Both the position numbers and the translations under genes were made by a program. A DNA stretch of 64,000 nt, taken from Lophium mytilinum. Its lineage: Eukaryota. Positions within the stretch are counted from its first letter, which is position 1. Every line of letters begins with the position of its first letter. The stretch is from the NCBI GenBank assembly GCA_010093605.1, contig MU004194.1, forward strand, positions 378,156 through 442,155, in the 5' to 3' direction. The notes beneath the pieces are model-generated. The model made no database searches. It had not been told where the DNA came from and saw nothing but the letters and a program-made list of their open reading frames with translations. Shown here piece after piece: positions 1-11,259 of the stretch.

Positions 1-577
1 GAAAACACTACAGCGTCATCGCAGGCTTTTGTCAAAATGTCTGTGCTTTCTTGGCTCCGGAGGGTCGCCGCTTGATCGATTGGCGATTGACTGAGAAGAA
101 TTAGACATTAGTAGAGCTTAAAGTGATATGAAGAATTGGTACGTACAGCTGAGTCGCGCGGATGAAGACGCTGAGGGATTGTAGCTGACTGTCTAGTTGT
201 CTCTGATGCTCCTTCACTGTTCCTTCATCCCACAGATGCTTCCGTTTTCTGCCAAACTTGAAGAGTTTAGGGGTGGAATTCGACATGGCTCGAGCAACTT
301 GGTTCTGTATCGTCTCGATGACTAGGTCGCAGGCTTCCAAAGAAGATCGGAATTGATTCTCTAATTCGAATGTCTTGACAGCGCCTTTCTCTAGCCGCTG
401 ACTCAATCGATTTATCATGGCCCGAATGTTACCCAGATGGCTGGTCAGTAATGTGATGCCGACCTCGACATCAGCATAGCGTTTTTCTAGGTCTTTAAGA
501 TCGACAAGTATCCATCCGACCCGGTGAGCGATTGCAGTGCAGCCGCTGACGAGGCTCTTGATGGTTGTAGGGTCCAT
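1..577 (-). CDS. Protein with fungal HeLo-like/STAND-associated N-terminal helical domain; 3' part lies beyond the window edge
   Basis: Starts MDPTTIKSLVSGCTAIA, followed by helical heptads and ..KRKHLWDEGTVKEHQRQLDSQLQSLSVFIRATQL, the pattern of fungal N-terminal domains. Intron 146..91 (GTACGT..CTAAT..CAG) splices to QSPIDQAATLRSQESTDILTKACDDAVVF, open to the edge. Confidence 0.65.
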
Positions 578-909
578 GGTGATGATGATTAAATATTATG
601 TGTTGATCAAAGTTGGTGGTGTACCTGAAAACCCAAGCTTGAAAGCGGGCGGCTGAAGTATTAATGGCCTGAACGCCAGTTTCCAAGGAGGACAAACCCT
701 GGCATATGAGCTTGAAGGCACTCTAGGCCTGCGGATTGCAAAAGGCAATATTATTGGTGGCGCCGTTGGGCGCTTCAGCTGGCAAGGGAGCCCTGGAGGG
801 TGTTCGGCGTCGTCACATGATGACGAGATTGGGCGAATAGGGATGAGCGATTATTTTGATTGGTTGCGCAAAATACGGTTCATTCTGCCGTCTAGTTTAC
901 CTAGTCTAC

Positions 910-2145
910 CTATGGAATTGCATCAACCGAATTGATTTGCCGACTTGTGCTAGCATTAAGATGGTCTCTGCTCTTCTGGCTTTGCTGGTACACCGCCTTT
1001 CTTAATCTGTTGATGCTACCCAAAGGTCTGTGAGCAGCGAGACCACGCCAAGGACTCAAGGACATATGGTCCTCCCAAAAGACGCGTCGCGCTGGGGACA
1101 GTGGGTCCTGCGGCGGGAACTCGAGAATCCCGAGGGTTTGGTAAGGTGCTGTAGATTCTTGCCAGACTACGGACGCGTCTTCAGTTGGGTGGTGGGCAGG
1201 GTCGGTCCCAAGCTGGATCTAGGCTGCCGTCAGCGGCGCAACTAAAATCCAAATCCAAGAATGAGTACCTTGAATTCATACTTCGCCCCTCTTTCCGTGA
1301 AGTATTCCCTCAACCATTCGCTGAGAATCTCTCGACTCTGGTTACTCTGTACCTTCTCCGAACCCTTCTTGCTCATCTCGTCATCCGCTGGAAACAGTGC
1401 AATGTGGCCATAGTAATCCCCAAATCGGAAGGCGCTCTGTGTATAGAAGTTCATTGAGATAATGTTGGTGTTCGGTAACATAGTGGGGGCAGTCTGCTTG
1501 AGAGCATCTGTTCTCAGCGCCGTTTTGGCCTGAAGAGTAACCGGATCGTCGAAATGTCTCTCTCTCAGCCTCATGATATCTAGGCAGGTATCAATATCCG
1601 TGAGCTCTATCATGGGCGCGTTGTTGAAGAAGAAATCCTGTGTAGTATCAGATTCATTGGCCCCTTCGAGAGGCTCGCCATTAACTCCAAAGATTTTGAG
1701 TGAGAGACCTCGCGGCCCCGGAGACTGATCTGGTTGCAAAAACACTGGCTCGTTGGCGAAGCGACCAGCTACGTCGTAGACTCGGCCTGCCTCAGCGAAG
1801 ATCCCTTGGCGAAGGTGGATCGGGAGGTCAGAATTCACTATCAACTTCCCTTTCACAATCCCTTGAGTTTTAACATGCGTGGCTCGGAATGCGTGGCGGT
1901 GCTAGAAGGGCTCAGACATGCTATGAGCCATTCTGATGAGAGGAACGGCGGACCTGATCGAAGTTGTGCTTTTGCATATTTTTCATAATTTCTGCTATTT
2001 CTCTTGTCGTTTGCTCTTCTGTTGGTTTGACCTCTTCGACACCTGGAGCATCCCATCTCATATAGGCATCGTTTGGTGGAGCCGACGACACAGCTCGCTT
2101 TGCGGCCTGATAGCCTTCGCTGAGCTTGTTGGTAATGGAAGACAT
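910..2145 (-). CDS. Small (~377 aa) catalase-like heme protein
   Basis: Exons 2145-1954, 1901-1269, 1218-910 (introns 52 and 50 nt). Motifs: distal HRHAFRATHVKTQG, RFANEP, PRGLSLKIFGV, QDFFFNN, and HRPLGSINRLRKAVY with the proximal Tyr. TAG at 912-910. Confidence 0.85.
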
Positions 2146-2784
2146 GTTGCGATGATGCTTGAGATCTTTCACGGCGCATAGAGAAGATATATTGAGAGCG
2201 AAACAAACATTACACGTACTCAGCTCAACATCCGAGGAGGCTTTCATTTATAGACGTCATCCCTTGTTCAACGAAGCACTAGTGGGCGGATAAGGCCGGC
2301 ATCGGTAATCTAGACGGTGTGTGCAAGTGATACATGGTCTTAAGCCAAAGCTTAAGAGTATTTTCAAGATTTCGAAGGTATACGGAAAGAGATGGAAGCT
2401 ATGCTGGAGGTGTTGCAAAGAGGGAGGTCAGCCCTAGCGGCTTGGCCTTGACCTGCAGGGGTTTATTCTGCTTTCCACCACACACCCACGTGTTCGTCAA
2501 CATCACGAAGTACTCCAACTCTATATCACCCTCAGGTACGGCTTTCTCATAGCGTCTTGGTCGTATCGTGGCATTTTTATGAATCTGTACGCGAGGGCTT
2601 GCACAGAGCGATCAGGCTCAGAATCAGCCTTGCAGCTGCCTAATCACTAGTTCTACAGCCTGGCGGGCATCTCAGTGATCGTCCCGCGTCTTTCCTGTAC
2701 TTCTATTGCTGTCAATTCACCTCAAAGACATTCACTTCGTGCGCTTTACCTTCGCTTCTCTTTCCCTTCCCTCGAACTTCCCTG

Positions 2785-4173
2785 ATGGACCGCACAGACC
2801 GCACTTTTCGGGACAGCGTACGTCAATTGATAAAGCGCCAACGCACCTCCAAGTCCGCAAAGCCAGGCTCTGTTCCTTCACAACCATACTCCACCACCAC
2901 CGCATCGGAAATCCCTGGCCCATTTCACCCCAGACCCAGAAGAACCCCCGATAGCGATTCTGAAGACATGGGTGGGACCGAGTCCAAGAAGGGCGGCGAC
3001 GCACCTAAAGTCCCCCTGTTAATCCGCTTCTTCGATCCGGAAATCCACTCTCCTGACGCACGAGGTCGGACACTCGACGACATCATTGAGCACGGCGACA
3101 ATTGGTTTGAACAGTGTCACGACTATGTCCAGATGTTGTTCCCGCTTCCCGAAGGCTCGCCATTTAACTTCGCAGCCCCAGTCATCACGCGAGCTGTGTT
3201 TGACGCGTTTAGAGCGAGACCGGAACTACAAGCTGAGCTCAGGAGGGCCTGGGTCCGGATGATGAAGTTCTACGGCTTCGATGTTGTTCAAGAGGCCGCT
3301 GAGGAAGGCAAGAGCAAGGAAGAAGCCGACAGTGAGGTCGAGGCTGAGGCTGAGGCTGGAGCGGAGTCCAAGGCTGGCACCCCGAGCATTGAAGAAGCCA
3401 ACGTTTCTAAGCACGACGGACAAGCTCAAGAGACGAAGGAATCCCCGGACGCTGTCCAGTCGAACGAGATCACCGCTACTGAACCTGCTATGATTGAAAG
3501 CGGCACTGAAGTCGCCATTCCAGCCCCAGAGAAGCGAATCAAACTTGTTCCAGCGTCCAATCATCTGAAGGCGTTCCAGAACTGGGTTACTCGCTTCGAT
3601 CACAACCATCTCCGCATCACTCGCGTCCTGCGTTCTCTGCGCGTCCTCGGCCTTCAAGAAGAATGCGATGTCTACTTCAGCATGCTCGTCACGGTCTATG
3701 AACAGTACGGGCGTATCAATGAGCGCAGTCTGATCTACTGGAAGCGCGCTGTTGAGCGGCCGCTCTGGATTGCGCCGGATGATGACAAGGTGCCTTGGCT
3801 CAGGGTGGCGTGTAAAGAATTAGAAGAGGCGAAAGAGCTGGCCGAGAAAAAGAGCAAGGAGGTCGCTGAGAAGGACGCCGTGGATGGGCACGTGGACGGA
3901 GCAACTGATGGGAAGCCCCCTTCATACAACGCTTCAGCGACGACGCCATGTAAACCAGAATCGGCCCAGAGCGAATTTATTGAGGAAGCTAAGGATGACT
4001 TCCTGGTAGAAGCTGACAAGGCACCTAAGAAAAGCGAAGAGACCACCAGATCCCCAGAAGATGGAAAGTGGGAGAACGTTCAGAAGGGCGATACGGATAA
4101 GTGGGACACGATTGGCAAGACAGATGGAGAGAGGGAGAAGTGGAGCCGCGTTGAAGGCTCTACCACAAGCTGA
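2785..4173 (+). CDS. Opioid growth factor receptor (OGFr) conserved-domain protein
   Basis: Intronless 462 aa ORF with DARGRTLDDII..FEQCHDYVQMLFPLPEGSPFN..AP, RMMKFYGF and W..FDHNHLRITRVLRSLRVLG. Confidence 0.85.
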   Translation: MDRTDRTFRDSVRQLIKRQRTSKSAKPGSVPSQPYSTTTASEIPGPFHPRPRRTPDSDSEDMGGTESKKGGDAPKVPLLIRFFDPEIHSPDARGRTLDDIIEHGDNWFEQCHDYVQMLFPLPEGSPFNFAAPVITRAVFDAFRARPELQAELRRAWVRMMKFYGFDVVQEAAEEGKSKEEADSEVEAEAEAGAESKAGTPSIEEANVSKHDGQAQETKESPDAVQSNEITATEPAMIESGTEVAIPAPEKRIKLVPASNHLKAFQNWVTRFDHNHLRITRVLRSLRVLGLQEECDVYFSMLVTVYEQYGRINERSLIYWKRAVERPLWIAPDDDKVPWLRVACKELEEAKELAEKKSKEVAEKDAVDGHVDGATDGKPPSYNASATTPCKPESAQSEFIEEAKDDFLVEADKAPKKSEETTRSPEDGKWENVQKGDTDKWDTIGKTDGEREKWSRVEGSTTS

Positions 4174-4943
4174 GCTGGCTCATGGTGGGTAGTAGCGGCC
4201 TCCTTTCTCTGCGCTGGGTGTGCATACATACACCCTTCAGAATAGACGTGCTTGGATGGTTCCGTGTGCAGTATGGGCTTTCTTAGACGGCTTATAATGA
4301 TTCAGTACCCTTCATATTTGGCTATATACGCTGCTGTGATGAGTCTACGATGCTGCTCTGATACTGCTTGCATAACTCCAATTGATGAGCTTCTGGAGCG
4401 ACAGGCGGTATGCCTAGTCTGAGCACACCCCTCCTGCCACCGCCTGCGATAGCCCAGGGCAATATCAGGGTTGCCAACATGACAGGCCTGCAAATCCTTC
4501 GAATTAGAGTCCGTCGAGTGATCATCCTTTGGTTTGGAAATATACTAATGAAGCATTCTAATCGTCCAGGGAAAGCCAAGACACTACTTACGCGTCAAAG
4601 TCAATGCAAGAAGTCCGGCGATAGTTCCCCTCGAGCTTGGAGACGAGCAGTTCTCGTAGAACGCGTGGAAGTCTGCGCCTTTGTCGTCGTCAACTCTTGT
4701 CGTGAGCTATGGTAGTTCGGGGGGCTGTGTCTCTAACTCCAGCCGCGCCGTGCACCCCTCCAAGATCCACACCACGTACTCGGCGGCACGCCAGGACGAC
4801 CCCGATATAAACATCGTTTCATCTCTGCTACCTCGAGACAGCTCCGACGACCACGCCCGCTGGCCTGAGGACACTGCTGTCACGTCGTCTTTCAGTACAC
4901 CGCATCACCGCCGCATCCCCGATACTCTCACTAGGCTACCACC

Positions 4944-6749
4944 ATGGTTCTCAAACGCTTCCAGAGCATGCTAAACAAGCGCCCGGGTAAGCTACGTATG
5001 GTGTCTTTCCTGGCAAAAGGACTGACATTGTGACTCAGGCGGCGCCCCGGACGACAGCCTTGCATCCGACTCAGATACACCAGAAGCAAATGCAGCGCGA
5101 GGCGTGGTATGGAGCTCTCTGCACATCACAAGCAGTATACGAATGCTGATATACTGTGCCGCAGCGATTGTTCTGCGAGTCTGGATCCGCGAACACAGTG
5201 AGTACCGTATGACTTCTATAAAATCTACAACCAGCTAAATATAAAGGGTCAGGGAGAAGAGGTCCTGCACCTTCCCATCATCGTCGAATCCGCCGTCGCG
5301 AGCCCCAATGCCGCCGCCGCAGCCTGTTCCCAGATCAAGAAGTTCCTTTCCAAGGAGAACTACACGCGTCCGCATGTCCAGTACAATGCCATTATGCTCA
5401 TCCGGATTCTGGCCGACAATCCGGGCCAGTCCTTCACCAAGAACATGGACAAGAGCTTCGCCGACACCATAAAGCACCTTCTACGCAATGGCCGGGACCC
5501 CAGCGTGGGCCAGATAGTCCGCGAGACACTGGACGCTCTCGAACGGGACAAGGCCTACGACACAAATCTGAATGCTCTCTTTGCGATGTGGAGGAAGGAG
5601 AAGGGCCTCATGGCCAGCGCAGGCCACCCCACACAGTCGTTTGGACCTCGGACTCTGAACGCTCCTGCGTGGAATGGTGGCGGTGCACCACCTGGAGTCC
5701 AGTCTGAATCCTATGGCCGTAATACGAGGCCAGAACGTGCTCTTCCCCCGCCTACCGAACTCTCTGCTCGTGTCGAAGAAGCCCGCACATCAGCTAAACT
5801 CCTCCTTCAACTCGTCCAGTCCACTCCGCCCAATGAACTACTTGGGAACGAGCTCGTCAAGGAGTTTGCTGATCGCTGTCTAGCCGCTCAGAGGAGCATA
5901 CAAAACTACATCAACTGCGACAATCCGCCTCCGGACGATGACACCATGCTTACTCTCATCGAAACCAACGAGCAGCTCTCTCTCGCAGCTTCCAAGCACC
6001 AACGCGCAGTGCTCCAAGCCCGAAAGACTCTCGGACCCTCTCCAGTTCCTACTCCTCCAATTTCAACAGCCATGAACGACTACCCGCTCCCCCCAATCCC
6101 CCAATCAAGCGCCCCACAACTACCACCCCTCACGCAAACCAATTCGATGAGCCCCCGCGAGTCGAACCCCATGTCTGCATACACCGCTCCATCTCCTGTC
6201 CCGCTCGCCCTCCAAGCCGCTCCCCACCGCACACGGACGGCCTCACCAACTTCTAACTATCCGGACGACCCCTTCTCAGACCACGGCTCTAACGCCTACG
6301 ACCATCCCGCTCCGCCTAACAACGCGCCTCCACCACCGCCGCCGCCTCGTGAAGCCATCCGCCGCCTCAGTGAGCGCGAGCAGGACTTCCACAACAGTGC
6401 CGGCCTCGGCATAGGCACCTCCGGTTCGCCAAATAACTACCACCCGGGCTACGCGACCACTCCCAGCTATCTGCAGCGTCAGGAGAGCGCGGGCAACAAC
6501 GTGACGATGCATGGCGGCGCTTCGCCACCAAACGGAGGCTTGGGCATGCGTGGCGGGCGGATGACGGAAGAGGAGGAGTACGCGCGGGACTACCCCATTG
6601 GCGGTGCGCTGCAGGGGCAGAGAGAGCAGGAGGCGTGGAACAGTGAGCCGCGGACGCCGGAGCAGGGGGGACGGAGGCCGGTGGGAAGGCGGGAGAGCGA
6701 GGATGTGAGTCCAGTTGCGGAGAGAGGACAGGTCTCGTATAGGTACTAG
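4944..6749 (+). CDS. VHS/GAT-domain membrane trafficking adaptor with Pro-rich tail
   Basis: ATG 4944 in ACCATGG context; three short introns (about 4987-5038, 5107-5164, 5198-5247). VHS-like RLFCESG..EEVLHLPIIVE..QYNAIMLIRILADNPG, then GAT helices EEARTSAKLLLQ..LIETNEQLSLA and a PxxP-rich C-terminus. Confidence 0.85.
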
Positions 6750-7059
6750 TTCCGACGATGATCACGGTCCGCTAGAATGGGGTTTGAGCGATATGCTTCA
6801 GGTGTGAATGGGGTTTCTTGTGATGGGTGCCTTTTGAGGGTTTTGCTTTGGGCGACGGCGATATACCACGGTCGTTTGGAATGCATCCTTTAGCGTTTTC
6901 AAGGGAGGTGTTGGAGTCATCTGCGTGCTGCGTGCTGCGTACTGCTTGCTGTTGTGACTGTTGGGGTGAGGATAGGAGTGAGCGCGACTCAAGGCTAAGA
7001 TCAGGTAGGGACGGCAAGCTTCATTTCCATATCACATCACAGTGCAGTAGCAATCAAGT

Positions 7060-7680
7060 CATTCAGAAGATCATCAAAATTTTAAATCATGTCATTGAAA
7101 CAGGCAAACACTATCTACTCAGAGCCCCCAGAACCCCACTGAATCTGAAAAATCTGTCGGCACACCTCAGAAATCTTTGCTCTCACCCCTAGGCCTTGGA
7201 TTCGAACCAGTCACCATGATAGGGGCGGGACACCGCACATGAGCTCGGAATCTTTGGTGCGTCTGTGGAATTCAATCTTAGCAAGCCCGGATGGGCATAT
7301 GCTTTGCCAACCGTGTGCAGGCTCCCTGGGCAATGCAATGAAGGATGCAAGGCAGCCCGCAGGCCAGGAGGATGCGGTTGGGTCGTGTACAAGCTGGCAG
7401 AACTTCGACGGGACGCAGTCGAGCCAAGAGCAATAAAACATCGACGGGAGACAATGAACGTGCAGGTAAGGACCCGCAATCCGCAACCTAGGACTTGTTA
7501 GTGAGGAAGAGGTGAAGAGGAGGGAAGAGACTTACTGGACAATGAGCACCGGTCGACAACTTGCAGGTGGTGCCAGATCATCCCTCCATAAAGACAACTC
7601 GCACAGGACGTGGTCAACTCTTGCTAGGGCCAAAGAAGACGAGGAGAGAAAGAGGTTCGGAGGGCGGGCGGCCTTATATA
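7060..7680 (-). other. Putative spliced Pol II transcription unit (ncRNA or orphan micro-ORF); ends approximate
   Basis: TATATAA at 7680-7674, CT-rich initiator region, canonical 48-nt intron 7535..7488 (GTAAGT, pyrimidine tract, CACTAAC, TAG). No recognisable protein in any spliced frame. Confidence 0.45.
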
Positions 7681-9657
7681 GCTGGAGAAAGTGAGAGGGA
7701 AATTGCGCGCTAAGCCGGATTGGGACGCCTCCAGCGGCCAGTTGTGAGCCAGTTATGACGTAGATTGTGTCGGCCAGTTTCCACGACATTCCACAGGAGG
7801 CCAGGCACCAGTGCGGTGACTGGGAAGAAATTCTGGTGGCGCTCGTGGACTGGGGAGGGTCGCCTGGGGATCGTCACGTGATAAAACGCTGGAACTACTC
7901 GGGGGAGGTCAATGCCCCAGCACAAACACATGAACGACAAACTACTATGGCGCGCATCTTGAATTGGGTAGAAATGAGTTGGGATACACGACGAAGTTGC
8001 TGTTGGTTTCGCTGTAACACCCAAGGCCACTGACGGCCGCTGCGCAGCTTCATTCACTCACACTGTGTTCAGAGACATGGAATGAACGTCAAGGCAGGAA
8101 ATGTACGCAAGCAGATTGAGCTCATAGTATCTCAGCACCATTGAAGTCCTCAAGAAGTATGCTCAATAGTTGTTGAGTTTGACGTTAACAACAGGCTGCA
8201 GGAGCACTCCTCGATTCGTCCCCATAACAGTACGGTCTCTCAAGGATCTTACTCTCTTTCTATATCTCTCCTCCTGAAAAAGCACGCACTTGCCTAGTTC
8301 AGCTTGAGGTTTTCTAGTACATTGTTAGAACTTTCAAGGCGATAAGTTTGGCAAGCATCTCAGATGGTGTTGGACTACCACCTTTTCTTTAGGGAAGGCT
8401 GAGTGGGACGACCGTCTCCAGATCTGATCCCAGAACAGCACCTATATGCATGGTTTATGCGCTCTCTAAGACTGTGCCCATTTTCTTAGCACTACTTCGG
8501 GTCTTTCAAGCTCTGGCTGCTTCAGACCGCAAGCAGTGCTACTTCCACGTCGCTCTGAAGACGACGAGGTTCATTGAGTGTCGTCTGAGCTAGACTCATT
8601 AACTCAACGCTTAATCCAAATCAAGTCTCCAAGTTGCTCTCATGTCCTACACGCAGCGGCCAAAAGGCATTAGTGGACCTTGATCCTTTGATAATGCATG
8701 CTTGAGACTCGGCGTTCACTTTAGCTTCCTGATTCGTGACTTCAACCAGCAGCGTTCACGGCCGATAAACTTACGATGCGTTCGTTTCAGATGACAGACT
8801 CTATTCCTACGCGAATCTTGTGGGCAAGTCGTCCTTGGATCAGTACTTGGCGTCTACGTCTTTGATACCAGGGCTAGATCGCATCAATTACCTGAGTACC
8901 ACCAGTCTTTTCTGTCCTCGGGTCGCGAGTCAATATGAGAAAGGAACCTAAGCCACTTAAGATGAACGATAGATGGAAGAAAAAAAGAGAATAAGAAAGG
9001 GGGGTCTGATAGGGCATCACCAAGCAGGTTTAGTCTCGGCAATTTGAGAAACAAAACCTGTGTACTGCCCATTACGACTCCATCACCTCTGCGCCGCGGG
9101 CATCCCTCAATACTATCCTCACATTCGTCTGCGTTTCGCTCATGCCTCGACCCTTGTAAGTCCTATGGAGAGTTCGACAACACGACTTAGCTCCTTGAGG
9201 CAACAATGGCTTTACAAAGGGATCAAAGACCATTGGCAGCCGAGGACACGAGTTCGCAGGAGAATACAGCCCAAATTCATCCCAGGTTATGCGATAAGTC
9301 ATGAGAAATGCCTTATCAGCTCACCCCCGCGTTCCAGGAGACACAAGGCTAATCTAGGTAACGAATCTCGCGGGTCTCTTTTCAATTGGATCATCTTAAC
9401 GACGATCTTTACTCGTTTGGAGCTATGCCTATCTTTGCAATGCCATCTGCGTCATTGCAGCTGCAATGGAGCTTCAGGCACGTTTCGATCAAACTGGGAG
9501 CATCCCCATGCTACAGCTACAGTTCTTCAAAATCCCAAGAGTTTTATTATAAGCTTCGCAATCACCACTCTATCCTTTCTGTCACTTCATAGGGGCTTCT
9601 ACTTGCCAATTAGCCCCCTCAAAGCTATAATACCCCAATATCACCCCCTGCACCACC

Positions 9658-10113
9658 ATGCATCTTCAATACCGCGTCTCTTTCTTTCTCCTCCTCCTCA
9701 CCACTCCCCTCACCCTCGCTCTCCCCAACTTCCTCGATCTCTTCCACCTCCACCCTGCCCCAGGGCCCCGCGCCGTCTCCCAGCTCGTCCCTACTGCATG
9801 CACCGACAGTAGAAGCGCAAACACCGAAATTGGGTGTCCAACAACTATCGGCACCGTTGACCCGAACGCGACTACGGAGACAACTACTCACACCGCGCAC
9901 ACGCAAATCGAGCCCAGCCCAGGCAATGGTACTATCCCCGCACTTGTGACGACGGACAGCAGGACCGCGAATACACAGGCTGTGGGACCGAGCACAGCAC
10001 CAAGCACCACTGTCAGTACGGCGGGGGCGCATGCACCGACGATGGCAGGAGGATGGGATGCTGCGCTAGGAGCTGTGGTCATGGTTGGGGTAGGAATGGG
10101 TGCGATGGGCTAA
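9658..10113 (+). CDS. Small secreted Ser/Thr-rich, probably GPI-anchored protein
   Basis: ACCATG start; hydrophobic signal FFLLLLTTPLTLA; Thr-rich body with repeated TDSR(S/T)ANT; hydrophobic C-terminus AALGAVVMVGVGMGAMG. Confidence 0.75.
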   Translation: MHLQYRVSFFLLLLTTPLTLALPNFLDLFHLHPAPGPRAVSQLVPTACTDSRSANTEIGCPTTIGTVDPNATTETTTHTAHTQIEPSPGNGTIPALVTTDSRTANTQAVGPSTAPSTTVSTAGAHAPTMAGGWDAALGAVVMVGVGMGAMG

Positions 10114-10363
10114 GAGGGTTGAGCATTGATACGAGCACGATTAGGGAGCAGTTTGGCTGACTTTAAGAGCGCATATGCGAGATGAATGCGATTGGGACCA
10201 CAAGAACTCAAATATCTCATTCCTGGCGTGTTGAACCCTACTTTCGCCAACGCAGCAATCCCATCGATGTCCGCCATGGAAATTCACCTATGCCCAAGAT
10301 CCCAGCAGAACTTTCCCATTCCCACCCTTCAATCTCTTACAGCCGTCCCATATTCACCCTAGC

Positions 10364-11006
10364 TCAGCCATCCTCCATTTCCGTATCCATTTCCATCCCT
10401 TCAAACGCCCCCTCCCCACTCCCTCCACCACTACTATACTCCCTAATCAACTCATCAATGAGATACCCAAGCTCATCCTGAATCCCCCGCCCACCCTTCC
10501 TCTTCTCCTCCCCACCCATTCGTACCCCCTTCGCCTCCGCCTGCGACCTCTCCAACCCATCCAACAGCCTCCTCAACCGCTCCAACGCCGAATCGACATC
10601 AGCATCCTGTCCAAGCGGGCAGCGGGACCGGGCATCAGCCCAGTGTTCCTCGCCCTGGTGCCAGAATCTCTGCTACTGTTAGTTTACCCAATCCCAGGAG
10701 GTGTAGGGTAGTGCTTTTCTTCCTTACTTCAGCCCGATCCCAGTCCTCCGTGTCTGTGGCCACGCAGATCGCGATCAGGCACAGCGTGTTCTGGCGGTGG
10801 GGTTCTGAGAGTTTGGGCATGGCGAGGATGTTGCTGCATTGTGAGATGCATTGCTGCGTGCGGCCGAGCTCGAGGAGGGAGATTGCGGCGTTCCAGTGCG
10901 CGAAGGAGAAGGTGGCGGTGTCGGTGCCTTTGGCGGGCGGGGATGGGGTGAGGGCGGATGCGATTATGGCGTTCCAGTTTTTGAACGTGAAGGAGGAGCC
11001 GGACAT
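10364..11006 (-). CDS. Hypothetical helical protein
   Basis: ATG 11006 (AAAATG). Intron 10727..10670 (GTAAGG..CAG) joins ..EDWDRAE to RFWHQGEEHWADARSR..LERLRRLLDGLE, ending at stop 10364. Confidence 0.65.
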
Positions 11007-11259
11007 TTTGGTTGTTCGGTGGGTTGTGGGTTGGAGGTTGAAGAGGTGGAAAGCGGGAGGAGGGAGAGGGAGGTGAAGTGAGGTGAAGGTTTGGGATTGC
11101 ACCGAGTTGATGCGATAGAGCTTAACAGTTGGATCTGGTGAAGCGAGGACGGTTGAGATGGTCTTACAGCTTCGCAGTTTAATACCCATTCACACAACCA
11201 TGTGATGGTCCCTGAGATTGGATCCAAAAGGTTGAAATTTGACACAGGTAGATACTTTC

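Noticed and set aside
6993..7004. GGCTAAGATCA resembling part of U2 snRNA
   Set aside because: Not followed by the branch-recognition AGTGTAGTA.
7198..7208. GGTTCGAATCC (tRNA T-loop/B-box) on the minus strand
   Set aside because: Only a 3-bp stem; no acceptor stem, D-arm or anticodon arm can be folded around it.
7461..7471. CTTACCTG resembling the U1 snRNA 5' end (minus strand)
   Set aside because: Lacks the ATA prefix, U1 loop motifs and an Sm site.
8655..8710. CTTGATC..GATAATGC reminiscent of a TPP riboswitch core
   Set aside because: Pairing and the upstream CTGAGA element are absent, and there is no thiamine-related gene nearby.
9060..9812. 250 aa ORF
   Set aside because: Non-ATG start, no domain, and it overlaps the better-supported 9658 gene out of frame.
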